From a virus: a stretch of 64,000 nt of DNA. Where the stretch lies: positions 32,001-96,000 of the IMG/VR virus record IMGVR_UViG_3300009506_000019; one strand, 5' to 3'. Positions 29,112 through 36,401 of the stretch are shown here, one piece after another. The notes under the pieces are model-generated. The model ran no database searches, was not told the DNA's origin, and saw only the letters and a program-made list of their open reading frames with translations. Position numbers and translations under genes: made by a program. The number at the start of each line of letters is the position of its first letter. The first letter of the stretch is position 1.

Positions 29112-30767
29112 TTACCCCTGTGCGATGCGTTGATCGACAGCAGCACTCAGCTTGACAAGATCAGCAAGTGGGGCAGTCGAGAAATCGGTTGTCCCAATGG
29201 TGGCCGTGAGGAATGGCATCATGTTTTGTGCGATGCCAGGACCTTGGAAATCTGGGATGTTGAGAAACTTCGCGTTCAATTGTTCCAAGATTTGCTGTCT
29301 CTGAGCCTCATCGCCACCAGCTTGCTGTGCTGGAGCTGGCTGCTGGGCCGGAGCTTGCGCAGCTGGTTGTGGTTGAGCTTGACCAGCTCCACCAAGGAGA
29401 GCCTCGATGTGATGAGCGTATTGCTCTTTCTTGTTTCCCTTCAAAAACGTGAGATATCCTCTGTCGTTCTCGAGGACCCATCCCAACGTTTTGCCACTAT
29501 ACTTGCCGAAATCGACGAGGACATCGGCTGGACCACCAGCCGCAGCAGCGACAGGTGCCGGTGCTGCAGCTGGGGTCGGAGCAGGCTGTGGCGCAGCCGG
29601 AGTCGGTACTGGAGCTGAGGTTGGTACCTGAGCTGGCGGAACTTGTTGAGCTTGAACCGGAGGTGCAAAGGTTGGCTGCCCTCCCACGGGGGCGTTGGGT
29701 ACCTCTGGTTGGGTGGGAGCCACACCAGGAACCGGCATTCCTGGCATTCCCTGGACCGGAGCTTGGGGCATGAATCCCTGGCCAGACGGGGCCGAGGGTA
29801 CGTATCCACCCCCAGGAGCTTGGGGATTATATCCGGGAATACCCCCTACTGGAAGCTGCATGGCTACCCCAGGAGTGGGGGTCTGTGGAGGTGCCGCAAC
29901 GGGCTGTGCAACGGGAGCCGCAGGAGTGGCCATCTGGGGCATCGTCGCCTGGGGCATCGGGTTGGCCGGAGGCATCGGATTGGCCGGAGGCATCGCCGCC
30001 TGGGGCATCGTCGTCTGAGGCATCGTCGTCTGAGGCATCGGATTGGCCGGAGGCAACGAAGCTGGCATGGCTCCGTGTGTGGCCACCGGTTGACCACCAG
30101 GCGTATAGCCTGGCATTTGTTGTTGAGGCTGACCACCAGCTACCTGTTGTGGCTGTTGCTGGGTTGTACCGTTGATGAACTTGAGCATGTCATCTTCGGT
30201 CTGGAACGGAATCATGTCAGAGATGGCTTTTTTCATCATCTCTTGACATTTGATTGAAAGAGCGTTCATGTCGCCCTGATAGTTGAAATCAGACTTGTCC
30301 TGACGAGAGGTTTTGTATTGAACCCGACGACCATTGCCCTCTGTCCAACACATCCAATCACAATCAGTGACCTTGCCACCCTGGTCGTACCACTTCGTCA
30401 TCTCCTCATAGAATTGATTGCCAAATTTGGCAATCTTCACATCTTGAGCTTCATAGTCCCATACAGGAAGGAGATGGACAGGTCGAACACTGAAGTCTTG
30501 TCGATTGCCGTCACGATCAAACTTGTCTTGTTGATCGAGGATATCCCAGAGAGGATCTTGATTGTCCTTCATCCAGGTAGAAAAGCTGGCATCAACTTGC
30601 CGATAGAAACGAAGGTTTTCCTTCTTCCCTTGTGGTGTAACTCTCGAACACGAAGGAATGTTGTGTACCCATCTGCCCTCGGCCTCTGGAAACAGAGGTC
30701 TGATGAGCTTGGGGTTGTTGGTGACGGTGAGGTAGATCGTGTCTTTTTTGATCTGAAGGAACGACAT
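29112..30767 (-). CDS. gp32-like ssDNA-binding protein with long P/Q/A/G-rich linker and FGKYxG domain
   Basis: N-terminal ~190 aa with IRPL, LPVWD...VKIAKFG, GNGRRVQY; directly upstream of recA; C-terminal DFGKYSGKTLGWV...DRGYL. Confidence 0.6.
   Translation of the reverse strand: MSFLQIKKDTIYLTVTNNPKLIRPLFPEAEGRWVHNIPSCSRVTPQGKKENLRFYRQVDASFSTWMKDNQDPLWDILDQQDKFDRDGNRQDFSVRPVHLLPVWDYEAQDVKIAKFGNQFYEEMTKWYDQGGKVTDCDWMCWTEGNGRRVQYKTSRQDKSDFNYQGDMNALSIKCQEMMKKAISDMIPFQTEDDMLKFINGTTQQQPQQVAGGQPQQQMPGYTPGGQPVATHGAMPASLPPANPMPQTTMPQTTMPQAAMPPANPMPPANPMPQATMPQMATPAAPVAQPVAAPPQTPTPGVAMQLPVGGIPGYNPQAPGGGYVPSAPSGQGFMPQAPVQGMPGMPVPGVAPTQPEVPNAPVGGQPTFAPPVQAQQVPPAQVPTSAPVPTPAAPQPAPTPAAAPAPVAAAAGGPADVLVDFGKYSGKTLGWVLENDRGYLTFLKGNKKEQYAHHIEALLGGAGQAQPQPAAQAPAQQPAPAQQAGGDEAQRQQILEQLNAKFLNIPDFQGPGIAQNMMPFLTATIGTTDFSTAPLADLVKLSAAVDQRIAQG
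29935..30055 (-). repeat. Coding tandem repeats (MPQxx / PPANPM)
   Basis: Repeated GGCATCG units on the plus strand. Confidence 0.8.
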
Positions 30768-30807
30768 TGAATTCTCCTGTTTTTGTCCGTTTTGGGTTTG
30801 GAATTAG

Positions 30808-30844
30808 TCTACTCGTACTCGTACTCGTTGCTCGTCTCTCGTCC
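30808..30844. repeat. Intergenic CTCGT pentamer cluster
   Basis: CTCGTACTCGTACTCGTTGCTCGTCTCTCGTCC; near-identical string at 54629-54651. Confidence 0.7.
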
Positions 30845-30847
30845 AGG

Positions 30848-31105
30848 TCATCGAGCCAAGTCTGCCTCGATACCTCGAATCTCACTAGTTATCACAGAAT
30901 AGGTAATTCCGTCAAACTCGTTGGCAACACCATGTTGCTGCCGAATGTTGAAAATCCGAATCATGGACTGCTCGATCTTCTTCAGAGCATCCAACTCCGC
31001 CTTGAGATAAGCGCGACGTGGATCTTCATCCTCGCCTCTACCTTCAACGTTTTGTGTCTCAAAGTTGTTTAGGTTGAAGCGGCGCTGAACGTTTTCTGTT
31101 GTCAT
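30848..31105 (-). CDS. Hypothetical protein
   Basis: 85 aa ORF 8 nt after an extended -10. Confidence 0.6.
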   Translation of the reverse strand: MTTENVQRRFNLNNFETQNVEGRGEDEDPRRAYLKAELDALKKIEQSMIRIFNIRQQHGVANEFDGITYSVITSEIRGIEADLAR

Positions 31106-31113
31106 GATTCGCT

Positions 31114-31122
31114 ATTATAGCA
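31114..31122 (-). promoter_or_regulatory. Extended -10 promoter (TGCTATAAT), probably leaderless
   Basis: Consensus TGnTATAAT 8 nt upstream of ATG 31105. Confidence 0.6.
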
Positions 31123-31146
31123 TAGCACTCTGACAAATTAACTGGT

Positions 31147-31208
31147 GGCCTGTTGAAGCCGACTGCTGGGGGGGGGAGGGATTACCATGCCGCCGACCCC
31201 AACAGGCC
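31147..31208 (-). other. Long intergenic hairpin with C-rich loop
   Basis: ~20-bp stem with G-U pairs on minus strand; loop contains CCCUCCCCCCCCC. Confidence 0.6.
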
Positions 31209-31214
31209 CCAACT

Positions 31215-31379
31215 TCAATCATCATCCCAGCATCTACACGGCAAAATACTGTCACCGTGGAACCTGCCACAATGAATACAATACTTCTCACGTATTGCAT
31301 TCAAGAACTTGAGCCGCTCCTCTTCACTCATCTCCTCAAATTCAGGGAGAACAATGCTGAGAAGCTGCTCAATGGTCAT
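31215..31379 (-). CDS. Small zinc-binding protein
   Basis: ATG coupled to upstream stop; CIHCG...CRC. Confidence 0.6.
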   Translation of the reverse strand: MTIEQLLSIVLPEFEEMSEEERLKFLNAIREKYCIHCGRFHGDSILPCRCWDDD

Positions 31380-32755
31380 CACACTTCGTCCGGACCGCCT
31401 GATTGTACTACGGCTGCCATCTCCCCAGAGGATCGACGGACAATCGTGTGCTCCACATCCGGACCAGTTGACAAGTAATTGAAAAACACTCCGAGCTTGG
31501 ATTCCAGAGTCGTGATCCAATCTCTGGTTTTCTGTGTCAGTGAGTCCCATGATGACTTGTGCCGATCTTGATAGTTCAGGTAGTCAACAAACGACAACAT
31601 GAGCTTCGTTGGTCGATTGATATCCAACGCCTTCTTGAGATCGGTAGGCTTCCCATCGGGCCTATCAAGCGTAAATACCCGACGCTTGCGCTTCGTTGCA
31701 GTGGTGATTTCTACGATGGGCTCTGGAGACTCGGCGTGCTCTGTGATTTCTTCCCATGTAATTTCTTCGCCCGACATAGGACCAGAATCTCCAGCAACAC
31801 GAATAGGAAAAGTACGGGTGACACCATAGACATCCCTGACGGCAAATGGGGAAATGCCCGCGTCAGCACACCAATTAGAAGCATTGGTGTCACGAGAAGT
31901 AGTTTTGCCACGGTATCCATGGTGAAGAGAAAGGACGGAGCCCTGAGTTCCTTCAAGTAGGATCGGCTCATTCCTGTCAATAAGCCGATTGAGAAACTCA
32001 ACAGTACCCCCAACAAATTGTTTGAGGAAATCGTCATCTCCAGAGTACCTCACTTTTTCTGGTTCGATGAATTCACCCCAATCGGTGACCACACCATCGT
32101 TTTCCAGAACTACCATCATGCCTTCGACGAAACGATCATAGTTGACATCCTGTCCCGTCTTCTTGCGGAAGTAGTCAGTGAGATTCAACTTCTGACCGGG
32201 AAGTACCACCATCTTCGTGCCACGTGCTGCCTTCCTGCAGGCATTTGCGCCAACACCATGAGTGGTAGAGCCAAGAGCTTTCCATGCACTGTCCGGTGGA
32301 AGCTTGTCGCATCCAGCACAAGTGCCACCAAGCTTGGCATGTTCGCTGCAGTCGATTGGGTGTGTCCACAGATCACCACAATCCGGCATACGACCACCAT
32401 TTTCTGCGATTTTGTCGATTGGGTCGATGATAACAGCATTTGGATCGATCATGAGACGATCATCGCTCCAAACACCAGCTTCTTTCAGAACTTCGATTTC
32501 GTGCTTGAGATGTTCGATGTCGATTTGAGCATTGGCACCAAGAACCACTTTTGCATTGGGGAAGTGGAAAGCGCCACAAGGAATGGTGTGGAAAGCAAAG
32601 TGCTTTCCTTTGTACTCGACAGTATGCGCTGCGTTTGGACCACCTGTACGAACCAGAGCAGCGTAGGGAACATCTTGCAGGATGGACATGAATTTGCCCT
32701 TGCCCTCGCTGCCAGCATTCAATCCCACCAAAATATCAACGCAACGATTCGTCAT
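31379..32755 (-). CDS. purZ: Adenylosuccinate synthetase homolog of PurZ/PurZ0 type (putative 2-amino-2'-deoxyadenylosuccinate synthase)
   Basis: GSEGKGK (Ser at the PurA Asp13 position), GGPNAAHT, LGST, EGTQG, TTSRD, RTFPIRVAGDSGP, TTATKRKRRV, SFVDY, STGP. Confidence 0.8.
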   Translation of the reverse strand: MTNRCVDILVGLNAGSEGKGKFMSILQDVPYAALVRTGGPNAAHTVEYKGKHFAFHTIPCGAFHFPNAKVVLGANAQIDIEHLKHEIEVLKEAGVWSDDRLMIDPNAVIIDPIDKIAENGGRMPDCGDLWTHPIDCSEHAKLGGTCAGCDKLPPDSAWKALGSTTHGVGANACRKAARGTKMVVLPGQKLNLTDYFRKKTGQDVNYDRFVEGMMVVLENDGVVTDWGEFIEPEKVRYSGDDDFLKQFVGGTVEFLNRLIDRNEPILLEGTQGSVLSLHHGYRGKTTSRDTNASNWCADAGISPFAVRDVYGVTRTFPIRVAGDSGPMSGEEITWEEITEHAESPEPIVEITTATKRKRRVFTLDRPDGKPTDLKKALDINRPTKLMLSFVDYLNYQDRHKSSWDSLTQKTRDWITTLESKLGVFFNYLSTGPDVEHTIVRRSSGEMAAVVQSGGPDEV

Positions 32756-33000
32756 TATGCTTTCTCCTGTACAATGTTGTCGATATAACTCGACGGTATG
32801 GAGCCTTTTACTTTCAAAAGGACGTTTCCCTTGTCGTCCACTATAATACTGGTGGGGTAGCTGATTATTCGGTACCGTGCTATCGTCAGCAGGTCTTCCA
32901 AATCAGTGGAGTCGAATCGTATATGCTTGAAGTCCAAACCATCACGTTGTGGAAGGGTTGGTAACTTCTCACCATTCTTTGTGAATACGTAGATAATCAT
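32755..33000 (-). CDS. Thioredoxin/glutaredoxin-fold protein lacking CxxC
   Basis: IYVFTK...ARYRIISYPTSIIVDDKG; directly downstream of RNR. Confidence 0.6.
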   Translation of the reverse strand: MIIYVFTKNGEKLPTLPQRDGLDFKHIRFDSTDLEDLLTIARYRIISYPTSIIVDDKGNVLLKVKGSIPSSYIDNIVQEKA

Positions 33001-33014
33001 ACATATTTTATACC

Positions 33015-35306
33015 TTAACAGCGGCTGTAGCCGCAATTATAGCATTTGGAGCAGCCTTCTTCGAATGCCATGGCTGCACCGCAAGACGGACACGCACCAA
33101 CATGCCCATTTGTGGCCTTATGCTCAGCTGTTTGCCCCTGCATCTCAGCAAGATGTTCCTCAAGAGCAACAGAGATAGCATCTCCACACGATGTGATAAT
33201 TCGTGGTCGATTTCCTGTATGCTTTGACTTGTGCATTGCTGTGACGTGACAACGAATGCCACCAAGTTGTTTTGCAATTTTCTCTGGTGGAGCGCCGTGT
33301 TGCATGGCAATGCTGGCCATTCTGGCGATAGCTTCTGTTTGTGCAGCAGCACAGCCACCACCTTTGCCCAGACGAGCCGTAATCTCGTGCGTACCATCCT
33401 CATTTCCACCAATGTATACCATTAGACTACCGCAACCGTTCACTACTTTGCGGTTGCTGCCATGCGTAACCGGTGCACGCTTGCCAATCTGGATGAGCCC
33501 ATTCGGCTCTACCTTCTTGGTGCTGAGAGGCTGATATTTACGGCTTCCATCGCGGTATACCGTAATTCCTTTGCATCCACCTTCAAAAGCCATCTTGTAG
33601 GCTTTGTCCACATCAGCAGCAGAGGCATCGTGACTCATATTGATGGTTTTTGATACCGCCGACGTAATGTATCTCTGCCAGATAGTTTGATGATGGATAT
33701 GCCACTCATAATCAATATCATGAGCGGTGGGGAAAGCTGCCCGAATGTCTGCTGGTAGAAAATCCGCTTTCTTGAGAGAACCACCCACATTGGCCAACTT
33801 CTGTCTAACCTCTGGGGTGTCCAACCCACGTCGCTCGAGCATGCTGAACAAAGCAGGATGATAATCCACCTGCACCATACCAGCCTGATCACGAACAGTC
33901 ACAGGAGCGAACAATGGTTCAATCCCACTTGAACACATGGCATAGAGCGATGTGGTGCCAGTCGGAGCGATGGTCGTTCTATCACTATTGCGCATATGCT
34001 TTTCTTTGCCATCATACGCACTCCCCTCAAAGAAGGGAAAATTCCCACGATCTTGACCAAGCCTACGACTCTCATCCAACGAAATCTTGTCGAAAAACTC
34101 ACCGATTTCATCGGCCTTGGACAAAGCCGCATCTGAATCGTATGGAATATTCATGGTAGCAAGCATGTCTGCCCACCCCATGATGCCAAGACCAATCCTA
34201 CGAGTACCACGGTTCATTTCAGCCAGCTCTTGGATTGGAAAGCAATTTACTTCCACAATGTCATCCAAGAATTGAACACCAAAACGAACGGCATCTTCCA
34301 GCGCTTCCCAATCTACTTGGGATGTACCATTGATTCCGGCCACGAACTTGCTGAGGTTTATATGTCCGAGATTGCAGGACTCATAGGGGAGGAGCGGCTG
34401 CTCACCACAAGGATTAGTAGTACGAATCCTACCAATGTGGGGAATAGCATGCTTCCTATTAGCAGTGTCTTCGAAAAAGATGCCAGGCTCGCCATTTTCG
34501 TGTGCATTGTGAACAATCAAGTCCCACAGCTCTTGAGCTGGCATTGACCCACGTTTTTCGCCTGTGTGAGGATCTTTGAAATACCAATCATCACCAGCAA
34601 CTAGAGCTTCCATAAATCTGTCTGGAATTGAAACCGAGATGTTGAACTTCTCGATTCCAATGACAGATTTGAGTCTTTTGGCCTCTTCCGGGCCAACATC
34701 AAACTTCTTGGCCAATTCATCAATTTCTATCTCAATGCCTGCTTTTTTGCAGGTGATGAAATCAACAATGTCCGGATGCCCAACATCCAGCATTGCCATA
34801 TTTGCTCCCTCACGCATTCCCTGTGCTACATGGGTCGCATTCTCGTTCAGCATCCGCAGCCAATTGACCGGACCTCTGGTTGTGAATCGATCTGCGGCTT
34901 TTGTGCCTGCGGAACGTATTCCACCCAGGAAGAATCCCGTGCCTCCACCGGAGGCTTGGATCATCCCTTGATTGTAGTGCGATTTGTATATAGATGGAAG
35001 GTTGTCTTCTACCGGTAGTACGAAACATGCTGAACACTGTGCGTTGGGAAATCCTGCATTGACAAGCGTAGGAGTGTTTGGCATAAACTTATGCTCAAAC
35101 ATCATCTCAGTTGCTTTTTCGATAAAACGAGCAGTAGCCTTGCCATCCTCATACACAGAATGGCCTTTTGCTACGTGATTGGCTACGCGACGAAATGCAT
35201 CAAGCGGCGTTTCTTGTTTGCCATTGTCTTTTGTGAATAAAATTCTCTCCCGCATGATGTTGTAAACAACATCGGAGACATTAATGCCTTCAGCCGCAGC
35301 CTGCAT
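33015..35306 (-). CDS. nrdJ: Class II (B12-dependent) ribonucleotide reductase with TSCPD domain and zinc ribbon
   Basis: PNTPTLVNAG, SACFV, GGGTG, TNPCGEQPL...CNLG, TIAPTGT, VSKTIN, CKGITVYRDG, EEGCSKCYNCGYSRC. Confidence 0.95.
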   Translation of the reverse strand: MQAAAEGINVSDVVYNIMRERILFTKDNGKQETPLDAFRRVANHVAKGHSVYEDGKATARFIEKATEMMFEHKFMPNTPTLVNAGFPNAQCSACFVLPVEDNLPSIYKSHYNQGMIQASGGGTGFFLGGIRSAGTKAADRFTTRGPVNWLRMLNENATHVAQGMREGANMAMLDVGHPDIVDFITCKKAGIEIEIDELAKKFDVGPEEAKRLKSVIGIEKFNISVSIPDRFMEALVAGDDWYFKDPHTGEKRGSMPAQELWDLIVHNAHENGEPGIFFEDTANRKHAIPHIGRIRTTNPCGEQPLLPYESCNLGHINLSKFVAGINGTSQVDWEALEDAVRFGVQFLDDIVEVNCFPIQELAEMNRGTRRIGLGIMGWADMLATMNIPYDSDAALSKADEIGEFFDKISLDESRRLGQDRGNFPFFEGSAYDGKEKHMRNSDRTTIAPTGTTSLYAMCSSGIEPLFAPVTVRDQAGMVQVDYHPALFSMLERRGLDTPEVRQKLANVGGSLKKADFLPADIRAAFPTAHDIDYEWHIHHQTIWQRYITSAVSKTINMSHDASAADVDKAYKMAFEGGCKGITVYRDGSRKYQPLSTKKVEPNGLIQIGKRAPVTHGSNRKVVNGCGSLMVYIGGNEDGTHEITARLGKGGGCAAAQTEAIARMASIAMQHGAPPEKIAKQLGGIRCHVTAMHKSKHTGNRPRIITSCGDAISVALEEHLAEMQGQTAEHKATNGHVGACPSCGAAMAFEEGCSKCYNCGYSRC

Positions 35307-35456
35307 GCTTGCTCCATTACCAATAAATTGGGTATGTTTCTATATCGCGGGTAGAAGAGTTGTTAATTATCCCACGACGATGAGTCACAATATACAATAA
35401 TCCGGCTCTGCAATCGTGCAGCAATATGGTACACCTTATTCGAAAAAGGAGTAAGG

Positions 35457-35759
35457 TTAACTGCCGGTGGTCTGCGTCAAAATAGATGGATCTGGTTGGC
35501 GCTCAGAGACTATAATGAAGTCTCCTGCGACAATGCGTTGAGCCAGCTCGAGAGCTGGATCTTTACACATGTTTCGCGCCGTCCAATAATCTGCTGCTCG
35601 CAATGTGGCAGGAAGAGCTTCGTCCACAAGATCTTGCTCTTCATCTTCTGCCCAGGCATACCCACCATAGCCTTGCATTGTGTATCCGCCAGTCCTGACA
35701 CACTTTATGCGAAGCTCGCCTTTGAGAGCTGCTACTTGTTCTGGAGTCAATTCAGCCAT
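35457..35759 (-). CDS. Hypothetical tail-region protein, paralog of 41632..41880
   Basis: Shared Y....E..DL....LP......TA......L.Q.I..GD pattern. Confidence 0.65.
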   Translation of the reverse strand: MAELTPEQVAALKGELRIKCVRTGGYTMQGYGGYAWAEDEEQDLVDEALPATLRAADYWTARNMCKDPALELAQRIVAGDFIIVSERQPDPSILTQTTGS

Positions 35760-35762
35760 TGG

Positions 35763-36053
35763 CTATTCTCCGGCAGGACACTGATGCTCTGGTGTCCTAC
35801 GAATTTGGCCGCAATCCAAACAGAGGATAGATCCTTCGATCTTACACTTGGCACCTCTGATGGCCTGTACAACCAGACGCTGGTAATGCGCGTCTTTCTC
35901 ACGCGCTATAGCCTCGGCCTCTGTGGCTTCTTCTTTTGCTTCCCTCAGAGTATCCAACGTCTTTTGTTCAACAGTAGGCACATCTTTGGCCATAGCAGTC
36001 CTCGCCAACGCTGCGGCAGTCCTTCTTGCCTTGCGGTTCATTGTGTTAGTCAT
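35763..36053 (-). CDS. Hypothetical coiled-coil protein
   Basis: 96 aa, helical, C-terminal CLDCG. Confidence 0.6.
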   Translation of the reverse strand: MTNTMNRKARRTAAALARTAMAKDVPTVEQKTLDTLREAKEEATEAEAIAREKDAHYQRLVVQAIRGAKCKIEGSILCLDCGQIRRTPEHQCPAGE

Positions 36054-36059
36054 AATAGA

Positions 36060-36392
36060 CTATACAATGGAACCGGCGTCGATTATCCCCTTCGCCAAAA
36101 GGTACTCGAACAGACCACGCTTGGCGGCATCATACGTCAACTCGCCATCGTTGGACGCATGTGTCGTAACAAGGGTGGTATAATCCTCTCCCTGAATGGA
36201 AACACTGGTCTCTTTACCAGTGGGGGTCATTCCTGGGACCCAATTGTCGGTCACAGTATTTCCATACTCAAGCTCGAGATGGATCATCTGGCGACGACGA
36301 TCATGCAACTGACGCATGATTGAGATCTGGTTGTAAGGGCCATTCGGATCAAGATCACCGACAGCCACGGGAGTAGTTAGTTGCCAAGGCAT
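36060..36392 (-). CDS. Putative tail fibre assembly protein, paralog of 62963..63337
   Basis: LTT.V..GDL, EYG....WV.GM, EL.YD...R.L..L shared; follows fibre gene. Confidence 0.65.
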   Translation of the reverse strand: MPWQLTTPVAVGDLDPNGPYNQISIMRQLHDRRRQMIHLELEYGNTVTDNWVPGMTPTGKETSVSIQGEDYTTLVTTHASNDGELTYDAAKRGLFEYLLAKGIIDAGSIV

Positions 36393-36401
36393 GATTTTCT
36401 C

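Noticed and set aside
29880-30060. CRISPR-like repeats
   Set aside because: 15-18 nt in-frame coding repeats with no unique spacers; no cas genes
10531-35306. Inteins or introns in dnaE, primase-helicase, recA, nrdJ
   Set aside because: Lengths are normal, motifs contiguous, no splice-junction or homing-endonuclease motifs seen
1-35306. Bacterial chromosome origin (tig, dnaE, recA, purA-like, tRNAs)
   Set aside because: Genes are highly divergent, lack cellular operon context and are mixed with phage-typical small ORFs and tail fibres
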